Below, one piece after another: positions 38,542-54,426 of a stretch of DNA of 64,000 nt. The notes beneath the pieces were generated by a model. That model was given only the letters and a program-made list of their open reading frames with translations, was not told the DNA's origin and ran no database searches. The DNA comes from Octopus vulgaris (taxonomy: Eukaryota): positions 17,112,001 through 17,176,000 of the forward strand of contig OX597819.1 in the NCBI GenBank assembly GCA_951406725.2. The letters are read 5' to 3'. Each line of letters opens with the position of its first letter. Position 1 is the stretch's first letter. The translations under genes and the position numbers were made by a program.

Positions 38542-39271
38542 CTATATTACAATATTACAATAACCAATAATATGTTGTGCATGTATAGTGATATTACAAT
38601 CATGAAATTAGCGTTGGCTTATCTCACTCTTTCTCTCAGAACCGCTAGGAACCTTTTGCGGAACTCTGGGGTTCCGGGGAAACCCCGGTCGAGAAACGCT
38701 GACTTAGATGCTTAATACTTTCGTCTCTTATTCCACAGATTCTTCACTTACTGTCAGAGTTTTATCAGTCTTTGTCTTTACCAAGTTCATTCTAATGGCT
38801 ATAATTAGTGATTCACTTTGTCTTTTCAGCTTTCCATCTTTCAGTCACAACCAGCTTTCTCCACTTCCGACATCCTCGATTTGCTGCATAATATACAGGC
38901 TATATAATTCCTTCTCTTACCCAATTTTTTTCTCTTGCTGCCCTTCCTTCCGTTCTTGAATTCGTCTACTGATTCAGTAGCATTTTGGATATTTCTGCTT
39001 GCTAACAATATTCTTTCATAATTATGTACAGCGTTTTTTTTTCCTGTTTTCTTTCTCAAACCCAATACTGCGGTATTAATGGCATCTTCTGCATGTAACA
39101 AACCTCTGCATGCTTCTTTTGTTGGTAATAAGAGCTTGTCGATATTACTTTTAGGGTGATGCACATTGTGCATTGTGAGCAGCTTCCTAGGTAACATATC
39201 TAATTCCAGTATCTCTACCTTTGTCCACTTTAGAAAAGGTGTAAAGTAGCTCATTATTATTATTATTATTA

Positions 39272-39367
<96 letters not shown>

Positions 39368-40913
39368 CTATGTTTCTGAGTGAAGAGACGCGTTTTACAC
39401 TGCTTCGAGAAAATTAGTTTATTGTCAAGTATTATTACTGGATGAAAAGTTTTCATTTTTGTCTTTTGTTTTCTATATTTTTCAAACAAATACTTTTTCA
39501 GTCTACGAAAGAATTTAGATTAAAAAAAAAAATAACTGAATAAAAAAATATAGACAAAACAGAAGCTATGAAGCCGGTTGAATTTACTGAAAGAAAGGTG
39601 CATAGCGAATGCATCCCCAAAATGAGAGTGCTTCTTTAGCTGAATAATTTGTTATTGAGGAACGGTCATAGAGAAATATGGCATACATCAGTTTCATCAT
39701 AGCCGGAGCAAGTTTCATTCCATATGATTCCCCCCGCCTAAAAAAGAAAATTTGAAACTTAAGGACGAGACATGACAACGGGTGAAAAAGGTGCTCTGTT
39801 AACAGGCTGGTGTCACAATTTATGGGTTAATATGGCACGAGATCCACAAGGAACAGTAATGGTGACATTGGATCTTAGCTTATCGTTATCAGTGATAACC
39901 AAATGACAAGTGGTCGGACGTAATCTAGTGACGTATTGATGTCCGGCTGACAGTCAAAACCAAAGCTATCTTGGCAAGAAATCCAGTAAGACTGGTGGTA
40001 CTGGACAGATAGACCAACTGTTGCACACGTGGAAGAAAGATTCAGCCGAGAGCCTCTAGGCAGGGGAATTGAAAGGTATAAGAAGAATAGAAAAGACAAT
40101 AGAAGATCTCTCCTTTTGCTACACCAGTAGAGGATGGAGAATCGACAGGCTGGCAAGTTGTAGGAGACCATGGAAAAAAAGAAACGATACCCCCTCCACC
40201 AGAACAGAGAAATATTGAAGAAAGCTATTGAGGCATGCAAAGAGGAGCCTCCCTTCTCTGAAACTGCATCAAGTTTATAGTAAAATAGTTAATGAAGAAT
40301 AGGAAAAAGAAGGTGAAGATAAAATGCAGGAGGTAGCCTTCAACTATTTGAAAAACGTGAGTGAATGACTGCTAAGCACTGATTTAAGATTCTGTGAACA
40401 GTTATAGCTTTGAAGGAAGACATAAGATTCTTTTCGTCTCGCACCGACAATTAAATTCTTCACAGGCACTTTCAGACCGAACATTGTAAATATATATAGA
40501 TACAAAGTACTTGGAAGCATAGGGTGTGGCCACTCATTCGTACCTCGATGGGTGGCCCTTATTTGTCAGGTGCTTTATTGGTTTATATATATGCATTGTA
40601 TACTTATTTACTTATCCGACAAAAAAAAAAGCCCCAAAATAACAACAAAAAAATTGCGTTATCCATATTACCCAAATGTACATTTTTATTTAATCAAGTT
40701 TGAGTAACACTGTTTTCTTATAGGTTGTGTATATGAAATGTCTCTGGTGGCCAAAAAGTATTATTATTATTGTGGCGAGAGAGCAGATTCATTAGAGCGT
40801 CAGAATAAATGCCTTGCGGTAATTATTCAAAGGTAGTCAATTATTCGGAGTCAATAAAATGAAGTATCTATTGATCACTGGGGTCGACTTCCCCTCAGAA
40901 AGAATTATTACAG

Positions 40914-41105
40914 TTCTTCTTCTTCTTCTTCTTCTTCTTCTTCTTCTTCTTCTTCTTCTTCTTCTTCTTCTTCTTCTTCTTCTTCTTCTTCTTCTTCTTC
41001 TTCTTCTTCTTCTTCTTCTTCTTCTTCTTCATCTTCTTCTTCTTCTTCTTCTTCTTCTTCTTCTTCTTCTTCTTCTTCTTCTTCTTCTTCTTCTTCTTCT
41101 TCTTC
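40914..41105. repeat. (TTC)n microsatellite
   Basis: Seen directly. Confidence 0.97.
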
Positions 41106-41158
41106 TCCTCGATAAAATAATTTGTAGTCAAGGAAGGGCTTCATTTGAATCGTCCTAC

Positions 41159-41209
<51 letters not shown>

Positions 41210-42422
41210 ACCGCGCTCGCATACAGAAGCGTGGATAAGAAATAATTTGGTCAGAATTGCGTCTATCATTTTAGATAAACATTTATCAAAATGATGATTA
41301 AATCATTATTAAGAAAACACTTTTATCAATTAAAACCCTTTTAATCACCGTATTAAAAGCCATAGCAGTTCATTAAATTATTCGTATCTTAGAATAACTC
41401 TTAGATCTCTTAAACCTGATGTCTATTAGCTCAACATCCTACCCTTTAAATTATTCAGAATCTTATTGATAGCATTATTTAACTTGAAATCATGCAGCTG
41501 ATCTCACAAATACTTGAGAGGCAAAATTTCCACTGGATATCACACTAGTCATTTACATATTAAGTTTCCCAAACTGGAATCAATAAGCAAGCTGCTATGT
41601 TAAAACTGGAACCAATCAACAGATCGATTCGCTAAAACTAGAAGCTAAATCTTATTCAAATCACATTATAATGATTTTAAAACAAAAAACTGCATTAGAT
41701 AATGAAAAATCCATTTGACTGGCTGGATAGTTACGCTTGAAAGGATTTTGATAAATATGTCTGCTCGACCAAGGTTGACCATAGGGCAAAACTGACATGA
41801 AACAACGAGACAGGTACTACGTGGTCAATGGAGTTGCTAGCAATAACTGCCACTTTATCGTCTTGGAAAAATGAAAGAGTCTTTGGATAATTTAGTCCTT
41901 CGTGGTTGGACCACTAAATCATGCGAGGATCCGAGCTACAATTCCTGTGACCACACGTTTGTTCGATCAGGATTATCCTAGGTTTAAACCGTAGTAACAA
42001 CAACACTCGCTGCTATGTTATCTTGAAAAATACTTGCACCGTCAGCTGCCATTTGCTGTGTACCTCGACTAAAAACGGGAACGGACATGACTGACATGTA
42101 CAAAAAAATGATAATTTAAAAAAAAAAACCTTATAAAGGACACTCAGTGATAGCGAGCTGCTCATTATAGGGGTGTCATTGGATTTTATTTCAGCAAATG
42201 CACACTCAGTGATCGCAGGGGCCTCTAATAACAGTGTACACCTGCTATCGAGATACACGAGACTTATGAAAATAGGTTTCCATGTCTGCTGTTATCCAAA
42301 TACACGTCGAACGCATCAACTGACTCTGAACAACGTCCAACCAGTCGCCACACGTTCTTTCACACTCAACACTTTACAAACATCACTTTCATGTTGATCT
42401 TTTCATCTTGTTGAATATTGGA

Positions 42423-42670
42423 TTCTTCTTCTTCTTCTTCTTCTTCTTCTTCTTCTTCTTCTTCTTCTTCTTCTTCTTCTTCTTCTTCTTCTTCTTCTTC
42501 TTCTTCTTCTTCTTCTTCTTCTTCTTCTTCTTCCCGTTCTTCTTCCTCAGCTTCTTCTTCTTCTTCTTCTTCTTCTTCTTCTTCTTCTTCCACGACGACC
42601 ACCATCACCATCACCCATCACCACCGCCACCACCACCACCACCACCACCACCACCACCACCACCACCACC

Positions 42671-42749
<79 letters not shown>

Positions 42750-42760
42750 CTGTCATCATC
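42423..42760. repeat. Compound (TTC)n/(CAC)n/(CAT)n microsatellite
   Basis: Seen directly. Confidence 0.97.
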
Positions 42761-43389
42761 ATTTTCTTCGGTTTGAATCAATCTTAATGATAATACTTCA
42801 AACTAAAATCGGATTAAATGTATTTAAGTAATAAACCGAAGTATTTCAGTTAATTAACCGACACGCATATCAAGATGTTTGCATTGGGATCGTTTCGTCA
42901 TTAGACAAGACATTTTAACTCTTCTTGTTTCAGATTAACTCCCTCACTCCTTCACTACAAAGGAGACCGCTTTACTGAGTCTAGACTCCAAGTCTTGACC
43001 CAGTAAAGCGATCTCCTCTGATGCGTTTGCTGTTTGACCGCAGGTCAATTCCGGTCCAGCAGGCTTATTATCAATGGTATCCCAGCAAATGACCACCCTG
43101 TTATTTATTTTTCAATCTGTTTCCGTTATCCATTATCTCCTTCTTAAGGACTGTAAAGGATGATGAATTCAGTTGATGTTTCTCGCTAGTCGACTGACCA
43201 CGACTATATACGGATTCCCAAGTAATATAATGCCTTCTTTATTTTATTACAACTTAGCTCCAGATCATTCCCAATGAATCAATCCATCCTGGAACATCTC
43301 CACTTGTTTTGGTGGTATCTGGGGCTGGATTATCTGGAATAGCCAAAGTTAAAAACAAAGTGAGTGCGATCGCTCATTTGGCCAATAGA

Positions 43390-43800
43390 CATTTATGCTT
43401 GCGAAGCATGGACTCTGAACAAATTTGAAGAGAACATGATCAATGCGTTTGAGATGTGCGTTTTATAGGAGAATGTTAAAAGTCCCCTAGAAGAAGCATC
43501 GGACAAATGAATAGGTGAATAAGTGAAAGACGACAACTCCTGAACAATGGGAAAAAAAAATAAAAGCTCATCTATTATTACCATATTTGGAGAAGCAGAA
43601 GTTCAGGAAACAATATGGAAAGAAAAGGAGAACATAGTTAGTTGATCAAGAGGCAGGCAAAGAACGCAATGGATGGACAATATCAAGAGCTGTTTGAACA
43701 AGAGTGGCAAGGGCAACTGGAGAACTCACACCTAATCGGGAAGACTTTCGGTGTAGTTTCATCAATGCCCTGCAGGCGTACGACGCACGTGATAAAGATG
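43390..43800 (+). mobile_element. Degenerate RTE-like LINE 3' fragment
   Basis: IYACEAWTLNKFEENMINAFEM..YRRMLKV and WMDNIKE motifs. Confidence 0.75.
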
Positions 43801-44383
43801 AGGACAGTTATTTATTCACCTATTGTGTGTTCTTCTCCAGGCGACAGTATGTAATTTGAGGTGATTTGGTTGCTTTTTCTACCATGTCTGCTGACGACAT
43901 AAAGGCTGCCTCTTTGTTTAGTGTTACTGTCTGGTGCAACAAAGGCCCTGGTTAAGCAGACGCAATACCCAAAACATTTCCACCGTGAACATCACGCATT
44001 CATTTTTTCTGGAAGTAATTGCAGAACGTATCCTTCCATTTTAAAGGCATTACGGTGCAATTTCAGGGATATTTAGCTTCTATTTCTTGTCGATCAAGGG
44101 ATTACAAGGCAGCTCAGACATTGGCTTCGGGTTTGGGAAGTTAATATATAAGTGACTGGAGTCATACCCTGTGGAACATTCTCATTTCAACCACTTTAGA
44201 CACCAGATACAAGATTCGAGGTCATTGCCTAGCTAATGAACCACTGTAGCTTTTAATAAGGTTATTAATACGATTTTAATTAACACGCAGTTTTAAAACA
44301 ATCATTTAATCATCACATTCACTAATATTTATCTGAAATAATCGACCCAATTTTGTCAAGTTTATTTCTTATGCATATCATAC

Positions 44384-45945
<1,562 letters not shown>

Positions 45946-45949
45946 TGTG

Positions 45950-46160
45950 CGAGGGTGTGCTGAAAAGTTTCTGGCCTTATGGGGATCACGAAAGGCCTGG
46001 TTGAAGGCTCAACCTTTCGAGTTCTTTTACAGGGCTTAGACAAACTGAAGTGCTACTGCAAAAAGTGTGTGAATCCGAGAGGGGAATATGTTGGATAAAA
46101 TCATAACTGATCCTTCTGGATTTTCTTTTACCCAAAGCCAGGAACTTTTCAGCACTCCTT
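45950..46160 (+). mobile_element. Mariner-derived MITE
   Basis: Terminal inverted repeats GAGGGTGTGCTGAAAAGTTTCTGGC / GCCAGGAACTTTTCAGCACTCCT; C-terminal remnant KKCVNPRGEYVG*. Confidence 0.85.
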
Positions 46161-46171
46161 TATATATGCGA

Positions 46172-46215
<44 letters not shown>

Positions 46216-47031
46216 AGGTCCCGGATTGAGTCGGGGTTAACCACAGTAAATAAGGTACTCAATACATTGCAGAGTAAATTAATTTATTTTATAGAAAGGG
46301 CTTCTACAGGACAAGTACTGTTTCATTCAAATGAAATCATATATATCTTCTCCCACTATTCCTTTATATTACTCTGTCACTCTCTCTCCCTCACTCCTCC
46401 TCCTTTACTCACGTGGCTTCCACGTGACCATAGGCCATCTTTCTTCTCCATACTTGTGTTTCTTTTTCTCCGTTGTAGCTGGAACAAGGAAGACGTTTTC
46501 TTGTTTGGTTCCTGTCCTAGCTTGATTTACGCGCTCGCCACCACAACCTCGTTTAGGCTTAGCAGCCCTTCTTGTTTGTTTTCACTGTCCTGTTTGTGTT
46601 GCCTATTTTGTCCCTTCTAATAAACCCCAAATTTCATTTAAATTGCTTTGCGGGAGCAACTATTTTATCAAAAGCGTATATTGTTGTTAAATGCTCGAAA
46701 TACAAGACTAGAAAAAAAAAGCCAACAACTGATGAAAGATCGTTCTTTATATTGGTTTGTTTTGTTTTCCATTTAGGTCTTTCGTTGTCCGAAAGAATAG
46801 TTCATGTTCCATCTACTCGTGCTTGTTGTACGTTTCATGACGTTTATAAAATTTATTACTTCTTTATCCTGACCAACTCTCCATTCTTTTTCTTTAATCA
46901 TGTTTATACTTATATTAATCCCATGTATATGGAAGAGATATTCCTCAACAGTGTTGGTGATTAAACGAGTGAAGTTTCGGATATAATAATCCCCTATGAG
47001 GATAAGACATCTTCGCCTTGACTGTATATAT

Positions 47032-47080
<49 letters not shown>

Positions 47081-47172
47081 CAAACAACATATATATATAT
47101 ATATATATATAAAATATTGGATTTAATCCTAAATCTAATTTTTCCCTGTAAGTTTGGATTTACTCCCTAATA

Positions 47173-47239
<67 letters not shown>

Positions 47240-47269
47240 GGAAGGTTTACACACACACACACACACACA

Positions 47270-47383
<114 letters not shown>

Positions 47384-47728
47384 CTAGAAATCCAGGATCT
47401 TGAATTATTCAGTAATATTTTTTGCTAGTCTGTTTTGTCCCTCTGCCTTATCTCATGGTGCGAGAAGAACATTTAACGTGGTTCTTAGAGTCAGGGTTTT
47501 AACTGCTATTTCGACATGGTGGTGTCTCTCAGACACCCTTATTTTTAGTTGTAAAAAAAATATTACCTTTGTATGGTATTTTTCCCATGCTGGCCACTTG
47601 ATAATATCGATATTTAAATATCGATATTATCCTTATTTATAAATATATATATATATATATATATACATACGTATACATATATACATACATATAAGTATCT
47701 CTCCTTATATACATACATATATATATAT

Positions 47729-47787
<59 letters not shown>

Positions 47788-47788
<1 letters not shown>

Positions 47789-47883
47789 GTAAATGTAATA
47801 TGTGACAATTATTCGGTAGCCATAATAAAACTTCGAGTCTCGGATGTCGGGGCGGAAGCCCACGCCGGCATCTCTTTAGTTAT
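47788..47883 (-). mobile_element. Family H3 fragment
   Basis: Reverse complement AACTAAAGAGATGCCGG...CCGACATCCGAGACTCGAAGTTTTA matches 19791-19870; next to (TA)n. Confidence 0.6.
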
Positions 47884-48140
47884 CGGGCCCGAGAAACGTG
47901 AAATGAAGGATTATTATTCAAGGACACAACACATCGCTCGGAGCAGGAATCGAAACCACAATCTTGCAATCATGAATGCAAGACCTTAACCACTATAGAC
48001 ATCCTGCTACGCACCATGTGTCTTTTCCCCTATTTTTCAGGGGACGATAGGCTGAAACATAAGTAGGATCGAGCTGGGTTAGCGACCCCATTGAGGTCTC
48101 ATGGTGGGAGAATCGGTTCGGCAGGTTTTGACTGGTTTCT

Positions 48141-48553
48141 TTTATTCTTTTACTTGTTTCGGTCACTTAACTGCGGCTATACTGGAGCACTACCTTAAAG
48201 GATTTTAATGGAAAAAATTGGCCCCAGGACTTATTCTTTGTATGCATAGTACTTATTCTATCGGTATCATTTGCAGAATCGCTAAGTTACGGAGACCTAA
48301 GCACACCAGCATCGGTTGTCAAGCTATAGCGGGGTAACGGACACACACACACGCATACACACTCACACACACACGCACGCACACATGCATATACGATAGG
48401 CTTCTTTCAACATCTGTCTACCAAATTCACTCGCAAGGCTTTGGACGGGCCGAGCCTGTAGTAGAAGACACTTGCCCAAGGTGCCATGCAGTGTGACTGA
48501 AGCCGGAACCATATGTGGCTAGGAAGCAAGCTTCTTACCACACAGCCACCTGT
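48141..48553 (-). mobile_element. SINE family D, full length
   Basis: Reverse-complement homolog of 55590-56002, with an internal (CA)n tract. Confidence 0.85.
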
Positions 48554-49511
48554 AGTTTACAGATATCACAGATTAACATAATGGTGCATTAGTGTCTTGG
48601 TTATAATTGTCGAAACTATCTCACCTTTAATCTGAGTATTCCTAGTAGGAAATATGTATCAGCTGCAATATTTCTGAGAAAGCTTGGCTGAAGTAATCGA
48701 AATCCCCCCTTCAAATCATGTCACTCGCCTCTCCTACGTTCTTTGCACGAACAAAACTCATATGAAACAAAATATTTCAAATGGTTCACTGTCACATGTA
48801 TTGCAACACTACAAGTGAAGAAAAATGTTTAGAATTCCTTGAGGAATTCATTAGATTGCGATTGACTTTGAATCTTGTATCTGATGTCAGAAATGGTTGA
48901 GAGGCATCTCTTCCAATAGACATAACTGTAGCCTATTTTTTTTCGTATGCACACACACACTAATATATACACATTTATACGTATACACCTACATAAATAT
49001 ATATGCGCACGCACACATATATACGTATATATGTATATATGTAGGCACTCACGGACACACACACATACACACACAGTCACACATACACACTCACGCACAC
49101 AAATACACACATGCACACACTCTCTCACACGCACAAACATGTATATGCACATTTATACGTATACACACACATATACCTGCATAAATACACACACACGCAC
49201 ACGTATATACATATATATGCATATACTTCCCCCCCCCACGCACACTTAGAAAAATGGAGCAAATATATAAAGTAAAAATAATAAACAGACATTCGGTGTT
49301 GGTTTTGTTGACGTTTTTGTTGTTATTACTATTGCTGTTGTTTTCGTTGTATTACAGACGGTAAGCAACTTGGTTAAAGTGGAATCAATGGAGCCAGCTG
49401 CTATGTTGTCTGAAATCTCTTCGAAACATCAGCTCGGTCTCCATCAAACCAATCCGTTAACGTCTTCAATAAGACGTTTGATAATCCACGCATTAATATT
49501 CTTGTTCACAA

Positions 49512-49683
49512 GGGTGGCGAGCTGGCAGAATTTCGTCCGTCTTTACGTGCTAAGTTCAAATTGCGCCGAGTCGACTTTGCCTTTTAGGGTCGATGAAATA
49601 AGTACCAGTTAAGTACTGGGATCGATGGAATCAGCTAAATCCCTGCGCCAACATTGCAGGCTTTGTGCCTATAGTAGAAAAGG
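49512..49683 (+). mobile_element. SINE family C with internal deletions (tail type 2)
   Basis: GGTGGCGAGCTGGCAGAA...GTCGACTTTGCC...AAGTACCAGTT...AGTAGAAAAGG. Confidence 0.8.
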
Positions 49684-50092
49684 ATATACAAGTGCACACC
49701 TAAAATAGAACATAGCAGGTATTGGACGACGGGTTAGCTAACTTTAAGACGACAAAATACTACACTTGTGGGAAACTGTTTTGGGTGTGATAGGGGTACG
49801 CTACCCATCTAACAAAGAAGGTAAATTTTGTTAAAATAATAATTATGTTTTTTGCAGTATCATGATATAATGTGGTCGTAATTGGTTTTCGTATCCAATA
49901 ATAGACGCTCAAGTGGAAGTTGTATTATATAGATAAACGGTACTAAAGTTTGTATGTATATTTTTGTGTAATGCTGAGGTCAGAATAGATGTTTCCCCAC
50001 AGTGGAACACCGTGTGTCTGCAACCATCATATAACATTGTCTACATGTCCATAAACGAGCTTTAATCTGAGTATTCCTAGTAGGAAATATGT

Positions 50093-50478
50093 GTGGAAGC
50101 ACTCCGTCGGTTACGACGACAAGGGTTCCGGTTGATCCGAATCAACAGATCAGCCTGCTCGTGAAATTAACGTGTAAGTGGCTGAGCACTCCACAGACAC
50201 GTGTACCCTTAACGTAGTTCTCGGGGATATTCAGCGTGACACAGAGAGTGACAAGGCCGGCCCTTTGAAATACAGGTACAACAGAAACAGGAAGTAAGAG
50301 TGAGAGAAAGTTGTGGTGAAAGAGTACAGCAGGGATCACCACCATCCCCTGCCGGAGCCACGTGGAGCTTTAGGTGTTTTCGCTCAATAAACACTCACAA
50401 TGCCCGGTCTGGGAATCGAAACCGCGATTCTATGACTGCGAGTCCGCTGCCCTAACCACTGGGCCATTGCGCCTCCTC
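50093..50478 (-). mobile_element. SINE family B, full length
   Basis: TSD AGGAAATATGT at 50082-50092 and 50479-50489. Confidence 0.92.
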
Positions 50479-51269
50479 AGGAAATATGTATCGGCTGTAT
50501 GAGTCTTCTTTTGACACGACAACCGCGACAAAAACAGTAACACGGACTCGATTTGCAAGAAATAACAGCTGAATTTCCTTTAAACCCTCACCCTGCCGTC
50601 TTAGGAACAAGAATGACCATAGTAATAACTACAACAACAACAGTAACTATTGCTATCAACAACACTATAGCAACAAGTGAGAAAAACAATCAACAAAAAT
50701 GTATCTACGTAGACGCTGGAACTGCTAGAAATAGTTGTGAAATCTTCCTGCATTTACATTTTACCATTGGATAGGTAAGATATATTGGACAATGGAATAC
50801 TTTGGACTTTGCATACTTTGACAAATTGTTTGCGAAACTATGTCGGAGGGTCTTTAACTTTTGGCTTTGCTCAGTCAGAAAAAAAAAAGAGAAAAACTTG
50901 AGGCTAAGCAAGAACAACAACCCTTAATAGTTTGAATGCTGTCGTCTGTAACATTGGAATTCTAAACGAGTTTATTATGAGTGCAGTGAAGATTTTGCAG
51001 TTAGTATCAGTGTCGGTATTGGTGATGAAGTTTATTCCCAAGGAAACTTCGATTGAACAGATAAAACAATTTCCTTTCAAATTTGAACATATCCGTCCTC
51101 TCTTAAATTTATTCAGGACTTCATTTCCCAATGAGATAAATGGCTGCTATTTCTACCATGCCTAGAGACTACCCATTGCATCTCTTGGTGGTTATATAAT
51201 GCACAATGAAGTTTAGTTGGGGATATTTATAAGTCGCATAGATAAGGCACAACATATGAGCTTATCTCA

Positions 51270-52040
51270 AATAAAACAAGAGGCCAACAATTTTGAGGGG
51301 AGGGTGGTCAGTCGATTATAGTACATAAGACCCATGTATATGACTGGTGCTATATTTTATCGACACTGAAAGGATGAAAAGCATACTTGACCTGAGCAGA
51401 ATTTAAATTCAAAATATGAAGACCCGGAACGAACTGCGAATAACAAAGATAATGATGATAATGATGATCGTTCTAATTTAGGATGAGTGTCAGTGATTTG
51501 AAGGGAAAAAGTCAGTAGATCGTATCGGTTTTGGCACTTGGAAACCAGAACGTGAAGAGACAGAAGAAGTACTGTTAACATTTAATCCGACGCTCTGACT
51601 ATTCTGCCAGTCCTCCGCCCTAAACAATGGTTTCTCATTGTGGCTCACGGCCAACATTTTCGAAAGCAGAGGGCATCAGTCGACCCTACTATTCAAGTGG
51701 TAATTTATTTATTGCGGACGGATGAAAGACAAAGTTCATCTCGGTAGATCTGAACTCAGGACAGAACAGCTGAGACGGAAGAGAAAAGCCTCCTGGTATT
51801 TTCTCGATAATCTAACGATTCTTCCAATCTATTGTCCGGTTCGTTCTTAATATTCAGAACGAAAGTTGTCATCTGTTGTTCTTTACAAATGCGTAGGATG
51901 ACTGTTAAAAAAAGCAAACAGACCATTCGAGATCGATAAAATAATGTACCAGTCAACTACGTGGGGACAAGTTCTATTCGACTATGATCCAGCCATTGTC
52001 CACACACACACACAAATGCCTTGTTCATATTTTAGAAACC
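51270..52040. mobile_element. Cluster of old SINE family C relics in both orientations
   Basis: Repeated GAAAGGATGAAA / GATAAAATAATGTACCAGT / CTGCCAG...CCGCC remnants. Confidence 0.6.
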
Positions 52041-52230
52041 ATTGCTACTGCTGCTGCTACTACTACTGCTGGTGATTTCGAAATCAAGTCGGTGGGTAAA
52101 TAACGAAATGAAAAGTTTACACTTAAACCGTCTCCAACACAACAACAGCAACAACAAGAATACATGTTTCTTTGCTTTATTTTTTTTTCTCAGTCAATCA
52201 GACTGTCTGTCTCTGTTTTTTCTCTGTGTC

Positions 52231-52268
<38 letters not shown>

Positions 52269-52366
52269 CATGTGCTTGTGTGTATAAATCTCTGTAACTC
52301 AGTGTATATATACACACACACACACACATAAGTATACAGCCATATATACAATGTATACATACATAC

Positions 52367-52472
<106 letters not shown>

Positions 52473-53412
52473 AATATGTATATATATATATATATATTAT
52501 TTCTATCTATCTATTGTATAATTATCTGTTTGTCAATTTATCTGTCAGCCTGTCTATCTGTCTGCCTGTCGGCCTGTCTGTCAGTTTATCTGTCTGCCTG
52601 TCGGCCTGTCAGCCTGTCTATCTGTCTGCCTCTCTATCCGTCTGCCAGTCTATCCGTCTCTCTATCTACGTAGCTGCATACGCATACATACGTAATACAT
52701 ACGTAGGAGATTTCTAGCACGCTCACTCGTACATGCGTACATTCGTTTTTTTTTTCTCCTTCCTTTCTCTCTCATCTTATTTCTTATATTATTACTATTG
52801 TTGATGTACTTTCTGTCGTTGTTGTTGCTTTTGCTTAAGGGTGTATTTTGTTGTTGTTGTTGTTGTTGTAGTTGTAGTAGTATTTGTTGTTTTTATATGT
52901 GTTTTCTTCTTTATTCATCTGTTTGTTCGGAACAAATGTGTTTACTCAATATCGAGTTAGTTTCTTCCTCAAAAGAAGTAGCTTCTTATCAGGAGTACTG
53001 CGGTAAATACGATGTCAAAAAAATAAATTACTTGATAGATAAATATATATAAATAAATAAAGATTATCATGAATACCACGGCATCTAAGTGGTGGCTTTT
53101 TACAGACGCTGAACATGAAGGTCGTCAGGTTCCAAATATGTCTGTTGATTATGTTTAATATGGATTGTTATGTTGTTGCTTTTTTTCATGTTTAAAATAT
53201 TTTTCTGATCTTTCTGTTTCTCTATTTTTTTTTTGTTATTGTTGGTGAAATTATTTATATATATTTCGGTATTCATGTGTGTGTGTATATATATATAGAG
53301 AGAGATACATTACTGGATTAATATGAATACTTGGTCGGAATTTTCTTCCTTTTTATCTCTGTCCCTGTCTGTTTCTGTCTGTCTATCTGTCTGTCTGTCT
53401 GTCTTCTCTCTC

Positions 53413-53520
<108 letters not shown>

Positions 53521-53843
53521 CGTGTATGTGAAAACAAGAGCGTGTTTAGATTCAGTAAAAATGGAAATAAACAAAAAAAAGATACTGAAATAAGAAATAG
53601 CAAGCAGAAAAATCTCTCCTGAGACAAACAGCCACATAGCTATTGAAGGACGACTCTGGCCTCTAAGGGCAAATTCTCTCTTTCAGTTGTCAATCTCCGG
53701 CCCTCAGGCTCATATTGAGAACAGAGCCGATTGCTAGAGACATAATCGTCAATTTCAATCACCAGTCAACGAACTTTCTTGATGGTGGCACCTTCCTTAC
53801 CCAAATGAAATTTTAAAACGTTGAAGAATGTTTGACTAATTTA

Positions 53844-54020
53844 TATACCGGAGGACCTTTGCCCACTGTGGAACTGAAACCAAAATCACATGGTTGGGGA
53901 GGGAACTTCTTAACCACAAAACCATGCCTGCACCTATAAATCATGGAATATTTTGAGTGAATGCAAATGAGTAAGATTTTTACATTGTGTCCAGTTGTTA
54001 AAGAATAAGTATTACCAAAC
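53844..54020 (-). repeat. 177-bp inverted copy of 58062-58238
   Basis: Near-identical reverse complement (about 2 mismatches by eye), including both non-repeat flank and a SINE D head. Confidence 0.93.
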
Positions 54021-54343
54021 CTTTCAGTCCTGTCCATCAGTTTTTTCAACGCCATGACCACCACAGATGAAGACTGTCGGTGCCAGTACCTCCTGTCCTT
54101 GCTTCCCAAGAGTGGCCATATAAAGTTACGAGTAAATTAATGTTTTACAAATACATAAAATACAGGATAGAAGCCTGTTTTGTCATTGGTCCACCAACTA
54201 CGCAGAGGCACCTGCTACTTACCTTATACATTCTGTATTAGTACAATATATTATACGTTGTGAATTAACTTAGGGTTGCTCTTTGGAATCACTGTATAAT
54301 TCCTTGCAGCATGACGCTTCATGATAGTCTCCCAGGCTCTTAC

Positions 54344-54426
54344 CTTTTGAGTGGGTATACGCTTTTCCCGTCTCTATTCGCCATCTCCTCATCGCCTAAG
54401 GACGATGTGCTGGTATTGCCGCTCAT
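54344..54426 (-). CDS. Candidate first coding exon of an unidentified host gene
   Basis: ATG...MSGNTSTSSLGDEEMANRDGKSVYPLK then AG|GTAAGA donor. In-frame stop upstream; sits in repeat-free, GC-richer sequence. No family recognised. Confidence 0.3.

Larger units (their letters stand above)
37693..38701 (+). mobile_element. hAT (Charlie-like) MITE
   Basis: Terminal inverted repeats CAGTGTTTCTTAACC / GGTCGAGAAACGCTG; perfect 8-bp TSD ACTTAGAT at 37685-37692 and 38702-38709. Confidence 0.92.
37105..39252 (-). mobile_element. Second R4/Dong-like LINE 3' part, interrupted by a hAT MITE
   Basis: KWTKVEILELDMLPRKLLTMHNVHHPKSNIDKL...RGLL and IIDFAIP...IIPVVTGAPG...NLRKVLEI*. (TAA)n tracts on both sides. 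Confidence 0.85.
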
